Shown here one piece after another: positions 51,814 through 61,749 of a DNA stretch of 64,000 bases. The translations under genes and the position numbers were made by a program. The stretch is from Acutalibacteraceae bacterium. Lineage in GTDB: Bacteria > Bacillota > Clostridia > Oscillospirales > CAG-272. The stretch is from the NCBI GenBank assembly GCA_963618495.1, contig CAVESF010000001.1:40998-104997 (forward strand), read 5' to 3'. The notes beneath the pieces were generated by a model. That model saw only the letters and a list, made by a program, of their open reading frames with translations, was not told where the DNA came from and did no database searches. Every line of letters starts with the position of its first letter. The first letter of the stretch is position 1.

Positions 51814-51829
51814 CAGTTCTCCCTTTCCC

Positions 51830-52303
51830 TCATTCCGGTTTAGCCGCGTCTGTGAACCTCAGCATATTGTCGCGCAGTTTTGTCAGCGTGGCGACAAGCG
51901 CGTCAAGCTCCTCCTGCGATATGCCCTCGGTCATTTTGCCGTCAAGCTGATGATGAAGCTCGCGTATCTTATCGTCCGTCTTCCTGCCCTTGTCCGTCAG
52001 GAAAACATGAATGATGCGCAGGTCGTCTATATCTCCCCTGCGCTCCACAAGTCCCTCCGCCTCCATGTTCTTGAGCGTAACGGAAACAGTCGGCGCTTTC
52101 AGGTGAGTGGCGCGCGCAAGCTCAAGCTGGCTCACGCCGTCCTTTCTCGAAAGGTGAAAAAGGAGCTGCCTGTAGCTGTTCTGCACTCCGAGTTTTTCCA
52201 CATCGCGGTTTATGATATCGCGAAAAAGCTTGGAAACCTCGTTTGTCATCATGCTCGGTAAGAATTTGCGGTCGCATTTTTTATCTTCCATAATTGCCTC
52301 CAA
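51830..52303 (-). CDS. MarR-family transcriptional regulator
   Basis: wHTH core LSRKDGVSQLELARATHLKAPTVSVTLKNMEAEGLVERR. RBS GGAGG upstream. Confidence 0.85.
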   Translation of the reverse strand: MEAIMEDKKCDRKFLPSMMTNEVSKLFRDIINRDVEKLGVQNSYRQLLFHLSRKDGVSQLELARATHLKAPTVSVTLKNMEAEGLVERRGDIDDLRIIHVFLTDKGRKTDDKIRELHHQLDGKMTEGISQEELDALVATLTKLRDNMLRFTDAAKPE

Positions 52304-52306
52304 ATT

Positions 52307-52326
52307 AGTTAGTTTTCAAACTAACT
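52307..52326. promoter_or_regulatory. perfect 9-2-9 palindrome, candidate MarR operator
   Basis: AGTTAGTTT-TC-AAACTAACT lies between the predicted marR -10 box and the marR RBS. Confidence 0.55.
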
Positions 52327-52328
52327 GT

Positions 52329-52357
52329 ATAATACACCTCTTTTCGCCTTTTGTCAA
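52329..52357 (-). promoter_or_regulatory. sigma-A type promoter for the marR-ABC exporter operon
   Basis: On the minus strand: TTGACA (52357-52352), 17 nt spacer, TATTAT (52334-52329). Confidence 0.55.
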
Positions 52358-52462
52358 GAAAAAGCGAAAATATTTTTTTGTAAACAAAATGTTAAGGCGC
52401 CGCCCGCATATGCCGATGTGAAACGCGGCAGAATATTATAAGAAAAAAATTGCGCTTTCCGC

Positions 52463-52490
52463 TTGACAATAGAAAAATCTGTGCTATAAT
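52463..52490 (+). promoter_or_regulatory. sigma-A type promoter for copA-csoR-copZ
   Basis: TTGACA (52463-52468), 16 nt spacer, TGcTATAAT (hexamer 52485-52490). Confidence 0.6.
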
Positions 52491-52501
52491 GTTCGTAGAA
52501 A

Positions 52502-52518
52502 ATACCCTCGTGGGGTAT
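52502..52518. promoter_or_regulatory. CsoR-type operator
   Basis: ATACCC-TCGTG-GGGTAT is a perfect 6-bp inverted repeat around a 5-nt core. It lies 12 nt downstream of the -10 box and matches the G/C-tract pseudo-palindrome typical of CsoR sites. Confidence 0.65.
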
Positions 52519-52532
52519 TTCGGAGGTAATAT

Positions 52533-54767
52533 ATGAGAGAGGAAAAATACAGCGTTTCGGGGATGTCGTGTGCCGCCTGCAGCAGTGCCGTCGAGCGTGT
52601 CACACGCAAGCTGGACGGAGTCGAACGCGCCGACGTCAATCTGACCACCGGCAAGCTCATCGTCTGCTATGACGAAAACAAGGTCACACCCGAAATGATA
52701 ATCGAAAAGGTCACAAAATGCGGTTTTGGCATAGAAAAGGATTCGCCCGAAGCCGAAGCAAAGCCGAAAGAGAAAAAAGCGGAGCACGAGGATTACGGGC
52801 TGAAAAGGCTCATCACAGCGGCGATTTTCTCCGCTCTTCTCCTGTATGTCAGCATGGGAAAGATGATGATTTCTTCCCTGCCCTTGCCGTCCATCATGGA
52901 TATGAGCAGTCATCCCGTAAACTATGCGCTTACCCAGCTCCTGCTGACGGTACCCGTCATGATAGCCGGCAAGAAATTCTTCATTTCCGGCTTCCGTGCG
53001 CTTTTTCACAAGGCGCCGAATATGGATACGCTCGTGGCGATAGGCAGCTCCTGCTCGTTTATTTACAGCGTGGTTATAACATACACGCTTTCCGACCGCC
53101 CGCATAATGTCCATGGGCTTTATTTCGAGTCTGCGGCTATCGTCATAACGCTCGTCATGCTCGGCAAATATTTTGAGGCACGCAGTAAAAAGAAAACGAA
53201 AAGTGCCATCGAAAAGCTCATTTCGCTTGCACCCGATACGGCGCTCCTGCGCGATGCCTCAGGCAATATAAGGGAAGTTCCTTCTTCCTCGCTTGTGCGC
53301 GATGATATCGTACTCGTGAAGCCCGGCGCAAAGATTCCGCAGGACGGCATTATAGCAGAAGGAAGCTCGGGCGTTGACGAATCGATGCTCACGGGTGAAT
53401 CGATGCCTGTTTTCAAAAATGTCGGCGATAAGGTCATCGGCGGCAGTATAAATACCGACGGCGCGCTCACCGTCAGGGTCACAAACACTGGCGCAGACAG
53501 CGTTCTCTCCAAGATAGTGAAATTTGTCGAGGACGCGCAGGGAAAGAAAGCGCCGATATCCAAGACAGCAGATAAGGTGGCGGGCGTTTTCGTGCCGGCA
53601 GTCATCTCCATCGCCGTAGCGGCGGCGATAATCTGGGCTATCGCGGGCAAGGATATCGCATTTATTCTGAAAGTATTCACCTCTGTGCTCGTCATCGCAT
53701 GTCCGTGCGCACTCGGACTTGCCACGCCGACAGCCATCATGGTCGGCACAGGTCTCGGCGCTTCGCACGGCATACTGATACGCGACGGCGAAACGCTTGA
53801 AATAACGCACAAGACAAATGTCGTGATACTCGACAAAACGGGAACGATAACAAAAGGCGAACCCGAGGTCACATCCGTGATATGCGGAGATGGCACTGAT
53901 GAAGCCGAGCTTCTCGCCATTGCCGGATCTGCGGAATCGCTCTCCGAGCATCCGCTCGCGCAGGCTATAGTGAAATATGCCGAGGGCAAAAACGCCGCCA
54001 AAAAGGATGTTTCGGATTTCCGCGCCATCTCCGGCAAAGGAATTTCCTGCAAGGTTGACGGCAGTGATATCCTGATAGGAAACAGCAGGCTGATAGACGA
54101 ATCCGCGGCGCTCAATCCGCTTGAAGCCAACGCCGCTTCCCTTGCCGCCAAGGGTCAGACGCCCATGAGCGTCATCGAAAACGGCAAGGTCATCGGCATA
54201 ATAAGCGTTGCCGATACGATAAAGGAAACGAGCCGCGAAGCCATAGCAAAGCTTCACGAATCCGGAATAAAAACCGTCATGCTCACGGGCGACAACCGCG
54301 CCGCCGCCGATTATATCGGCAAGGAAGCAGGAGTTGACGAGGTTATAGCCGAGGCACTCCCCGAGGATAAGGCAAGAATAGTAGAAGAATACCGCGGCAA
54401 GGGCAATACAGTCATGATGGTCGGCGACGGCATAAACGATGCGCCCGCCCTCACGAGTGCCGATGTCGGCTGTGCTATCGGAAGCGGAAGCGATATAGCA
54501 ATAGAATCAGGAGATATCGCGCTGATGAAGAGCGACCTCATGGATGTTTATCGCGCGATAAAGCTGAGCCGCTATACAATAACTGATATCAAGGAAAATC
54601 TCTTCTGGGCTTTCTGCTACAATACTATAGGAATTCCCGTAGCGGCAGGTCTGCTCTATGCTTTCGGCGGTCCCCTGCTCAATCCCATGATAGCGGGACT
54701 GGCGATGTCGCTCTCCTCCGTCTGCGTCGTATGCAATGCCCTGCGCCTGAGAGGTAAGAAATTATGA
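52533..54767 (+). CDS. copA: copper-translocating P1B-type ATPase
   Basis: N-terminal HMA motif [15 protein letters not shown] in the TM region, DKTGTIT phosphorylation site and GDGINDAP. Confidence 0.93.
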   Translation: MREEKYSVSGMSCAACSSAVERVTRKLDGVERADVNLTTGKLIVCYDENKVTPEMIIEKVTKCGFGIEKDSPEAEAKPKEKKAEHEDYGLKRLITAAIFSALLLYVSMGKMMISSLPLPSIMDMSSHPVNYALTQLLLTVPVMIAGKKFFISGFRALFHKAPNMDTLVAIGSSCSFIYSVVITYTLSDRPHNVHGLYFESAAIVITLVMLGKYFEARSKKKTKSAIEKLISLAPDTALLRDASGNIREVPSSSLVRDDIVLVKPGAKIPQDGIIAEGSSGVDESMLTGESMPVFKNVGDKVIGGSINTDGALTVRVTNTGADSVLSKIVKFVEDAQGKKAPISKTADKVAGVFVPAVISIAVAAAIIWAIAGKDIAFILKVFTSVLVIACPCALGLATPTAIMVGTGLGASHGILIRDGETLEITHKTNVVILDKTGTITKGEPEVTSVICGDGTDEAELLAIAGSAESLSEHPLAQAIVKYAEGKNAAKKDVSDFRAISGKGISCKVDGSDILIGNSRLIDESAALNPLEANAASLAAKGQTPMSVIENGKVIGIISVADTIKETSREAIAKLHESGIKTVMLTGDNRAAADYIGKEAGVDEVIAEALPEDKARIVEEYRGKGNTVMMVGDGINDAPALTSADVGCAIGSGSDIAIESGDIALMKSDLMDVYRAIKLSRYTITDIKENLFWAFCYNTIGIPVAAGLLYAFGGPLLNPMIAGLAMSLSSVCVVCNALRLRGKKL

Positions 54768-55066
54768 GTGAAAAAGAAATATGCCCCTGTTGCGCACGGA
54801 AAAAGGAGCGCACGCCAGAGGAGCACCGTTCTCTGCAAAACCGCCTCAGCCGCATAGAGGGACAAATCCGCGGACTGCGCAATATGATTGACAATGACGC
54901 GTACTGCATCGATGTGCTGACGCAAGCCTGCGCCGCAAAAAGCGCGCTTGAAGCTTTCATGCGTGAGATGATAGCAAGCCATATGAAAACCTGCGTGGCG
55001 CACGACCTTCGCGAAGGCGATGACAGCAGCATAGACGAACTGATAAATATACTGAAAAAAATTTAA
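54764..55066 (+). CDS. csoR: CsoR-family metal-sensing repressor
   Basis: [28 protein letters not shown]...H...C is the CsoR/DUF156 signature. Start overlaps the copA stop (ATGA). Confidence 0.88.
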   Translation: MSEKEICPCCARKKERTPEEHRSLQNRLSRIEGQIRGLRNMIDNDAYCIDVLTQACAAKSALEAFMREMIASHMKTCVAHDLREGDDSSIDELINILKKI

Positions 55067-55093
55067 TTGCCGAAAGGCGGAAAGGAAATAAAA

Positions 55094-55288
55094 ATGACTG
55101 TACTTAAAGTGGAGGCAATGCACTGTCCGCATTGCGTGGCAAGAATAGAAAAAGCTCTCTCCGAAGCGGGACTGAAATTCTCCGTTTCGCTCGAAAAAAA
55201 GACCGTCACGATAGACGGCTGTGACGGTTGCGTGAAAAAGGCCGTTGAAGTGCTCGATGACCTCGGCTTCGATGCCGTAAAAGCGTAA
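55094..55288 (+). CDS. copZ: copper chaperone CopZ (HMA domain)
   Basis: MTVLKVEAMHCPHCVARIEKAL carries the MxCxxC motif. Start at ATG 55094 (GGAAAGGAAATAAAA upstream). Confidence 0.85.
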   Translation: MTVLKVEAMHCPHCVARIEKALSEAGLKFSVSLEKKTVTIDGCDGCVKKAVEVLDDLGFDAVKA

Positions 55289-55300
55289 AAGAATATGAAG

Positions 55301-55330
55301 AGTCCCGCTCGCCGCGAGACTTTTTTATTT
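55301..55330 (+). terminator. rho-independent terminator after copZ
   Basis: AGTCCCGC pairs with GCGAGACT (7 of 8 bp), followed by TTTTTTATTTT. Confidence 0.6.
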
Positions 55331-55406
55331 TCATTCATATTCCCGTTCCCTGCCGAATAAGATTTACCAAAACAAAAAATGCGAAAGCAAAAAGCGGAGG
55401 AACAAT

Positions 55407-56342
55407 ATGAACGCAAATAAGTACAAGCCCGAAGGAATGAATTCCGGCGCAGAACAGAGCGATTTTTCTCTTGCGGCGCTTGAAAAAGCAAGAGAAACAG
55501 GCAAAATACTCGAGGCTGTGGCAAGCGTTTGCACGCCCGAAATGTCGCTGAAAGTAAATCTCGGCTCTGTCATCGGCATCATTCCGAAAGAGGAAACCGT
55601 ACTCACGCAGGAGAACGAAAAGATAAAAGATATCGCCGTCATCACCCGCGTAAGCAAGCCCGTATGCTTCAAAATAACAGGCTTTGAGAAAAGAGGCGAC
55701 ACGACAGTAGCCCTGCTCTCGCGCAGACTCGCACAGGAGGAATGTATGCGTTCCTGTCTCATGTGCCTCGAAGCAGGCGATGTCATAGACGCAAAAGTGA
55801 CGCATCTCGAGCCTTTCGGTGCTTTCTGCGATATAGGCTGCGGCATAGTTTCGCTCCTGCCGATAGATTCCATTTCCGTTTCCCGCATATCTCATCCGCG
55901 CGACCGCTTCTATACGGGAATGGAGATAAAAGCCATAATAAAAAGCATAGACTACGACAGCGGCAGAATATACCTTTCGCACAAGGAGCTGCTCGGCACA
56001 TGGGAAGAAAATGTCGCCCGCTTCTCAGTCGGTCAGACCGTATCTGGTATCATCCGCAGTACCGAGCCATACGGAATCTTCATAGAGCTTGCGCCGAATC
56101 TCGCAGGGCTTGCCGAGATAAAAGACGGCGCCGTGACAGGTCAGAGCGCCGCGGTATACATAAAAAACATCATTCCCGAGAAAATGAAAGTCAAGCTTGC
56201 CCTTATAGATTCATATTTTCCCGCATCCGCCGCGCCAGCACCATTTGAATATTTCACCGATGCCACGCATATAGACAGATGGGTTTATTCGCCCGAAAAT
56301 TCGTCAAAACTCGTAGAAACGGTATTCGACGGTGAAGTTTAA
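55407..56342 (+). CDS. S1 RNA-binding-domain protein
   Basis: At least two S1-like repeats: AGDVIDAKVTHLEPFGAFCDIGCGIVSLLPIDSIS and VGQTVSGIIRSTEPYGIFIELAPNLAGLAEI. RBS GCGGAGG upstream. Confidence 0.7.
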   Translation: MNANKYKPEGMNSGAEQSDFSLAALEKARETGKILEAVASVCTPEMSLKVNLGSVIGIIPKEETVLTQENEKIKDIAVITRVSKPVCFKITGFEKRGDTTVALLSRRLAQEECMRSCLMCLEAGDVIDAKVTHLEPFGAFCDIGCGIVSLLPIDSISVSRISHPRDRFYTGMEIKAIIKSIDYDSGRIYLSHKELLGTWEENVARFSVGQTVSGIIRSTEPYGIFIELAPNLAGLAEIKDGAVTGQSAAVYIKNIIPEKMKVKLALIDSYFPASAAPAPFEYFTDATHIDRWVYSPENSSKLVETVFDGEV

Positions 56343-56426
56343 TAAATATTTATAATTTCTTCTTGAAATATTATTCTCTTTGTGCTAATATAAGTTAATA
56401 AAAATATTTTCAGAGGAGAAAACAGA

Positions 56427-58589
56427 ATGACGGAATATTCCTTTAAAAAAGCCGTTCCCGTCTGGGAGGAAGGCAAAGAAAAAGAAATGAATTATTGGCT
56501 CTGCTTCCGCACCGAGGCAGGAAAGCATGAAAACATCACTCTCGCGCTGACAGGCTCGAGCGCATATATTGTAAAGGTAAACGGCGAATTTGTCGCGTTC
56601 GGTCCCGCAAGATGCGCACATGGCTTCTACCGCGTGGATGAGCTTCCGCTCACTTCTCTCTGCACGGCGGAGAAAAATATCATTTCGATAACCGTCCTCG
56701 GCTACAATTGCTCAAGCTTCTATCATCTCTGCCAGCCATCGTTTCTCTGCGCGGAGCTTATCTGCGACGGCAAGGTGACAGCCGCAACAGGAGCGGACGG
56801 CTTTATCGCCCGCTATGTCTGCGAGCATGAGCAGAAGGTGGAAAAATTCAGCTATCAGCGTACATTCACCGAGGTTTACAATTTCGATTCATCATATCGC
56901 GATTTCGAGATAGCATCCGACGTCTCTGCTATGGCGCAGGTGAAACTCGTGCCCACAGAGAAAAAGACCTTCATCGCGAGAGACAGCGCGCTGAACACAT
57001 ATTATCATGTTCCCGTAAAAAAAATCGTGCGCCGCGGCGCATTTGATGTCGGCGACTACAGCTCAACCATCGGTTACGGCAGACACATAAAGGATATTTC
57101 CTATAAAATGACAGGCTTCACTCTCGACGAAGTTACAACAAACTCGTTGCTCGAAGCAAGAAACATCGAAAATAAAGATATCGAATCGGCAGACATCCCC
57201 GCCGACTGTGCCGATATCGAAAAGAATCGCTTTGCCGTTTTTGCGTTTGAACGGGATACAACGGGACAGATAGAATTCGAAGTCGTCTGCGATGACGATG
57301 CCGAGATTCTCGTGACATTCAGCGAGCTTCTTGAAAAGAGCGGAAGCGAGCCTGTCGATTTCCGCCATGCGGGGCTTGTCTGCTCCATGATATGGCGGCT
57401 GAAAAAGGGAAAGTATCATCTCTCCACAGCCGAGCCGTATACGGCAATGTATATCAAATTCGCCGCCAAAAAGGCAAACATCCGCGTTTCCCGCGTCGGC
57501 ATGAATTATTTCGGCGCCGATATGCCGAAAAAAGCATATGCGGGAAGCGACAGCGCACTCGGCAAAATATTCGACGCCGCAATAGAAACATATCGTCAGA
57601 ATACTTTCACCATATATATGGACTGCCCATCGCGCGAGCGCGCCGGCTGGCTCTGCGACAGCTTCTTTACCTCCCGCGTGGAAAAGCTGCTTACAGGCAA
57701 AAGCGAGGTGGAAAAAGTTTTCCTCGAAAATTTCCTGCTTCCCGAAAGCTTTGAGGCACTCCCGCAGGGTATGCTTCCGATGTGCTATCCCGGCGATCAC
57801 AGAAACGGCAATTTCATCCCAAACTGGGCAATGTGGTATGTGCTTGAGCTGGAGGAATATCTTGCAAGAACAGGCGACCGCACCTTAGTCGACTCGGCCG
57901 AGAAAAATGTTTACGCCCTGCTTGATTACTTCAGCCGTTTTGAAAACGAATTTTCCCTGCTTGAAAAGCTTGCCGGTTGGGTTTTCGTGGAATGGTCAAA
58001 GTCGAATGAGCTCACACAGGATGTGAATTTCCCGACAAACATGCTCTATGCCCGTATGCTTGAAAGTGTTGCCCGCCTCTATGACGACGACAGTGCCATG
58101 ACAAAAGCACAGAAAATAAAGGAGGCCATAAACAGGCTGTCGTTCACAGGCGGATTTTACTGTGACAATGCCGTGCGCAGCACCGACGGAAGTCTTGTGC
58201 TCTCCGGCAAATATACAGAGAGCTGTCAGTATTATGCCTTCTTCTGCGGCACGGCTACCTTTGAAAGCCGTCCCGAGCTCTGGCAGATAATGCGCGATGA
58301 TTTCGGTCCCGGCAGAGTCGATGTATGGCCCGACTTCCGTGAAGACGCCAAGTGGAAAAATGTATATCCGTCAAATGCCTTTATCGGCGATTATCTGCGA
58401 CTTGAGCTGATTTACCTCTCGGGCGACTATGATAAACTGACAGAGGATATCAGGAGTTTCTTTACAAAAATGGCTGAAACGACAGGCACGCTCTGGGAGA
58501 ACGAAACCTCCAGCGCAAGTTGCAATCACGGCTTTGCCTCTCATGTGCTCTACTGGATGGATAAACTCGGCATGGTGAAAGATATATGA
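56427..58589 (+). CDS. GH78-like (alpha-L-rhamnosidase-type) six-hairpin glycosidase, cytoplasmic
   Basis: MDCPSRERAGWLCDS resembles the DCP-x-RER-x-GW-x-GD motif of GH78 catalytic domains. 720 aa. No signal peptide. Confidence 0.5.
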   Translation: MTEYSFKKAVPVWEEGKEKEMNYWLCFRTEAGKHENITLALTGSSAYIVKVNGEFVAFGPARCAHGFYRVDELPLTSLCTAEKNIISITVLGYNCSSFYHLCQPSFLCAELICDGKVTAATGADGFIARYVCEHEQKVEKFSYQRTFTEVYNFDSSYRDFEIASDVSAMAQVKLVPTEKKTFIARDSALNTYYHVPVKKIVRRGAFDVGDYSSTIGYGRHIKDISYKMTGFTLDEVTTNSLLEARNIENKDIESADIPADCADIEKNRFAVFAFERDTTGQIEFEVVCDDDAEILVTFSELLEKSGSEPVDFRHAGLVCSMIWRLKKGKYHLSTAEPYTAMYIKFAAKKANIRVSRVGMNYFGADMPKKAYAGSDSALGKIFDAAIETYRQNTFTIYMDCPSRERAGWLCDSFFTSRVEKLLTGKSEVEKVFLENFLLPESFEALPQGMLPMCYPGDHRNGNFIPNWAMWYVLELEEYLARTGDRTLVDSAEKNVYALLDYFSRFENEFSLLEKLAGWVFVEWSKSNELTQDVNFPTNMLYARMLESVARLYDDDSAMTKAQKIKEAINRLSFTGGFYCDNAVRSTDGSLVLSGKYTESCQYYAFFCGTATFESRPELWQIMRDDFGPGRVDVWPDFREDAKWKNVYPSNAFIGDYLRLELIYLSGDYDKLTEDIRSFFTKMAETTGTLWENETSSASCNHGFASHVLYWMDKLGMVKDI

Positions 58590-58608
58590 TTTCATGCGGA
58601 TGTGAAAA

Positions 58609-59286
58609 ATGAAAGACAGGAAAAAGTTAATAAAATATATCGTCATGGCGGCTGTGATAATCGCCGCCGTGATATACTTCATCATAAATCCCGTGTCGGC
58701 GGATAAGCTTTCTTCCCTGCTTGAGAAGAACAATCCAAAAGCCGCCGCAGTGATTCTGCTTCTCTTCTCCGTCAAGGGCTTTGTGCCGGTCATACTTTAT
58801 ATGGCGCTTGCCGCGGCTTGCGGTCTGCTCTTTGATCTGAAGTATGCCATACCGATAGCCATAGTCGGCACGGTGTTAAATTTCTCCGTTTCATATCTTA
58901 TAGGCAGAGTCGGAAAAAACGATGTCAATGCGATGATAGAGAACCATGAGAAGCTGAAAAAATATTATACCAAGAGCGAAAAATATTCTTTTGTGCTTTC
59001 GCTTGCCCTCCATGCCGTGGGACTCCAGAGTGAACTGCTCGGCACATTTTTCGGCTCGCTCGGAATGCCGTATCTGCCGTATATAGCGAGCAGTGTCATC
59101 GGCACATTCCCCGGTGCCGTGATATGGATAATCCTCGGCGGCAAGAAAGCGCATCTTTCATGGTATGATTTCATTCCCGTCGCCATAGATATCGTGATAA
59201 TCTGCATTTCACTATTCTACCTCAAGAAAAAGAGCGCAGGAGCGGCAGTGGACTCCGCCACTGCCGAAAGCGGAAAAACAGAATAA
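58609..59286 (+). CDS. TVP38/TMEM64 (DedA-related) family membrane protein
   Basis: About 5 TM segments. Size and pattern fit this family. Weak assignment. Confidence 0.5.
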   Translation: MKDRKKLIKYIVMAAVIIAAVIYFIINPVSADKLSSLLEKNNPKAAAVILLLFSVKGFVPVILYMALAAACGLLFDLKYAIPIAIVGTVLNFSVSYLIGRVGKNDVNAMIENHEKLKKYYTKSEKYSFVLSLALHAVGLQSELLGTFFGSLGMPYLPYIASSVIGTFPGAVIWIILGGKKAHLSWYDFIPVAIDIVIICISLFYLKKKSAGAAVDSATAESGKTE

Positions 59287-59292
59287 AAAGCA

Positions 59293-59314
59293 AGGGCGGC
59301 AAAAGCCGCCCTTT
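59293..59314. terminator. bidirectional terminator between the convergent membrane-protein gene and tsf
   Basis: AGGGCGGC (59293-59300), loop AAAA, GCCGCCCT (59305-59312). Confidence 0.7.
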
Positions 59315-59339
59315 ATACATAATCTTACAAAAATGCAAA

Positions 59340-60269
59340 TTACTTCTTGCCTATCATCTTGGCAACTTCGTCGCCGAGATTATCCTCGCGCTTCTGGATG
59401 CCTTCGCCGCGCTCAAAACGCTCAAATCCGGCAATCCTGATGTTTCCGCCGAATTCCTTTGCGCAAGCGGCAACATACTTGCTTACAGTGAGAGACTCGT
59501 CCTTGACATATGTCTGCTCTGTAAGGCAGTTCTGCTCATAGAACTTTCCGAGCTTGCCTGCCGCCATCTTTTCGATGATAGCATCGGGCTTGGAAGCGTT
59601 CTTGGGGTCGTTCTTTATCTGCTCCTTGATGATAGCTGTTTCCTCGGCGATAACGCTTGCGGGAACGGAAGCGGGATCAAGATAAGGTGTTGCATAAGCA
59701 CCGAGCTGGAGAGCGATGTTCTTTGCAAAAGCGGCAAAGCCGTGATTATTTACAGCGGCATCGTCAGCCTCAAATCTGATGATAACGCCTGTAACGCCTG
59801 CGCCGTGGATATATGTGCTTGTGATACCCTCAACGATAACAAAGCGTCTGATGGAGATGTTCTCGCCGATAGTGTAAATCTTATCCTTGAGAGCTTCCTC
59901 GACTGTGAAGTCGGTGCCGTCGAACTTGAGAGCGAAGAGCTTTTCTACCGTAGCGGGCTTAAAAGCGATGATTGTGCGGAGAATGCCCTTTACGAACTCG
60001 CCGAATGTAGCATTCTTGGCAACGAAGTCTGTCTCGGAATTAACCTCGACCATAGCTGTAACATTGCCCTCTTTCATTATATCGACAACGCCTTCTGCGG
60101 CGATTCTGTCCGCTTTCTTTGCGGCAACGGAAAGACCCTTTTCGCGGAGAAGCTTTATAGCGGCGTCAACATCGCCGTTTGTCTCAACGAGAGCTTTCTT
60201 GCAGTCCATAAGACCTGCGCCTGTTTTCTTCTTGAGGTCGCCGACCATCTGTGCGGAAATATTTGCCAT
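59340..60269 (-). CDS. tsf: elongation factor Ts
   Basis: ISAQMVGDLKKKTGAGLMDCKKALVETNGDVDAAIKLLREKG is the UBA-like N-terminus of EF-Ts. Follows rpsB. Confidence 0.95.
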   Translation of the reverse strand: MANISAQMVGDLKKKTGAGLMDCKKALVETNGDVDAAIKLLREKGLSVAAKKADRIAAEGVVDIMKEGNVTAMVEVNSETDFVAKNATFGEFVKGILRTIIAFKPATVEKLFALKFDGTDFTVEEALKDKIYTIGENISIRRFVIVEGITSTYIHGAGVTGVIIRFEADDAAVNNHGFAAFAKNIALQLGAYATPYLDPASVPASVIAEETAIIKEQIKNDPKNASKPDAIIEKMAAGKLGKFYEQNCLTEQTYVKDESLTVSKYVAACAKEFGGNIRIAGFERFERGEGIQKREDNLGDEVAKMIGKK

Positions 60270-60317
60270 ATTTTTATCCTCCTGTTTTTTATACTGAATT
60301 GTTGCTTTCTGCCGTGA

Positions 60318-61061
60318 TTATTCGGCAGCGGCTTCTGTAGCTTCCTCTGCTGTCTCTTCGGACTTGGAAGCTGCATCCTCGCCCTGCTTGCCCTCAATAA
60401 CGGCGTCGCAAAGAACAGAGGAGATAAGTCTGATGGAACGGATAGCGTCATCGTTTCCGGGGATGATGTAATCCGCATCGTCGGGATCGCAGTTTGTATC
60501 AACTATAGCGATAACCGGAATACCGAGCTTCTTTGCTTCGAGAATAGCATTGTGCTCTTTTCTCGTGTCAACTACGAAAATAGCGGAGGGAAGCCCCGGC
60601 ATTGTCTTGATACCGCCAAGGTTCTTCTCGAGAGCTGTCATTTCTTTCATAAGGTTTGCAACTTCTTTCTTGGGAAGCAGATTGAAAGTGCCGTCCTCCT
60701 GCATCTTCTCAAGGCTCTCGAGACGGGCAATGCTCTTCTTGATTGTGTTGTAGTTTGTGAGCATACCGCCGAGCCAACGGACATTTACATAGTACATGCC
60801 GCAACGCTCTGCTTCTTCCTTGATAGCTTCGGCTGCCTGCTTCTTCGTGCCTACGAAGAGAACCGTGCCGCCCTCGGCTGCGAGTTCGCGAACGAAAGCA
60901 TAAGCTTCCTCCACCTTTACTATCGTCTTGGAAAGGTCGAGAATGTAAGTGTCGTTTCTCTGTGTGAAGATGTACTCTGCCATCTTAGGGTTCCATCTTC
61001 TCTTGGGGTGTCCGAAATGAACGCCCGCTTCAAGCAACTGTTTGAGTGTGATAACTGCCAT
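60318..61061 (-). CDS. rpsB: 30S ribosomal protein S2
   Basis: [27 protein letters not shown]... Start at ATG 61061 (AAAGGAGTTTTAAA upstream). The ORF-track start at 61091 would add 10 non-conserved residues. Confidence 0.95.
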   Translation of the reverse strand: MAVITLKQLLEAGVHFGHPKRRWNPKMAEYIFTQRNDTYILDLSKTIVKVEEAYAFVRELAAEGGTVLFVGTKKQAAEAIKEEAERCGMYYVNVRWLGGMLTNYNTIKKSIARLESLEKMQEDGTFNLLPKKEVANLMKEMTALEKNLGGIKTMPGLPSAIFVVDTRKEHNAILEAKKLGIPVIAIVDTNCDPDDADYIIPGNDDAIRSIRLISSVLCDAVIEGKQGEDAASKSEETAEEATEAAAE

Positions 61062-61201
61062 TTTAAAACTCCTTTTGGTTTCTTCCGCCACCCGTGCCCA
61101 CGCGCGCCAACCGTAATAATGCGGAACCGAAGCACGCCGCCTGCCGGATGTGAGAATTTTATAAATTTTAGTATTCGCGGGCTTCCCCGCAAATCCGATT
61201 C

Positions 61202-61230
61202 ATTTTATCATACCTATTATATATTTGCAA
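61202..61230 (-). promoter_or_regulatory. sigma-A type promoter for rpsB-tsf (gives a ~135-nt GC-rich leader)
   Basis: On the minus strand: TTGCAA (61230-61225), 17 nt spacer, TAAAAT (61207-61202). Confidence 0.5.
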
Positions 61231-61292
61231 GAAAAAAGTGTTTTGTTCACAAAAAGTTTACAATTGAGCTCTGCAAAACGCCGTTTTTGCGC

Positions 61293-61583
61293 CTATTTTC
61301 CCTTTTTGCCGCCCTTGTCATTGCATCCGAGGCGCTCGTATATGTCTATTCCGACATTCACAAGCACAGCATCCGCGCCGAAACACGATATCCTGTCCCA
61401 CGGGATGACAAGCTCCTCGCACTTGCCGAAGCCGAATATTCGGCAGTCGAAAAGCACCACTATCGACACAACGCACCCCGTTACAACATTTATCTCAACA
61501 TCGTAAATATACCCGAGCCTCTTGCCGTCGCATATATTTATCACCTCTTTGTCGCGCATATCATTTACGCTTACTCTTTCCAT
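61293..61583 (-). CDS. YlmC/YmxH-family (PRC-barrel) sporulation protein
   Basis: VNDMRDKEVINICDGKRLGYIYDVEINVVTGCVVSIVV is the family pattern. 96 aa. Confidence 0.8.
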   Translation of the reverse strand: MERVSVNDMRDKEVINICDGKRLGYIYDVEINVVTGCVVSIVVLFDCRIFGFGKCEELVIPWDRISCFGADAVLVNVGIDIYERLGCNDKGGKKGK

Positions 61584-61670
61584 ACTTTATCACCTCGTGA
61601 TATTATATGCAAAAAGGCATAGGCGATATTACGGACATATTTTAGATACAAAAAGTTAAAACCGGGTTCA

Positions 61671-61699
61671 TTGACTTATTTTTTACGAAAAAGTATAAT
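61671..61699 (+). promoter_or_regulatory. consensus sigma-A promoter for the ABC/FtsX fusion gene
   Basis: TTGACT (61671-61676), 17 nt spacer, TATAAT (61694-61699). Confidence 0.6.
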
Positions 61700-61749
61700 A
61701 ATCATGTTAAAAAGAAAAATATTGCCCGAAGGAGGCAGATAAAAGGCAA

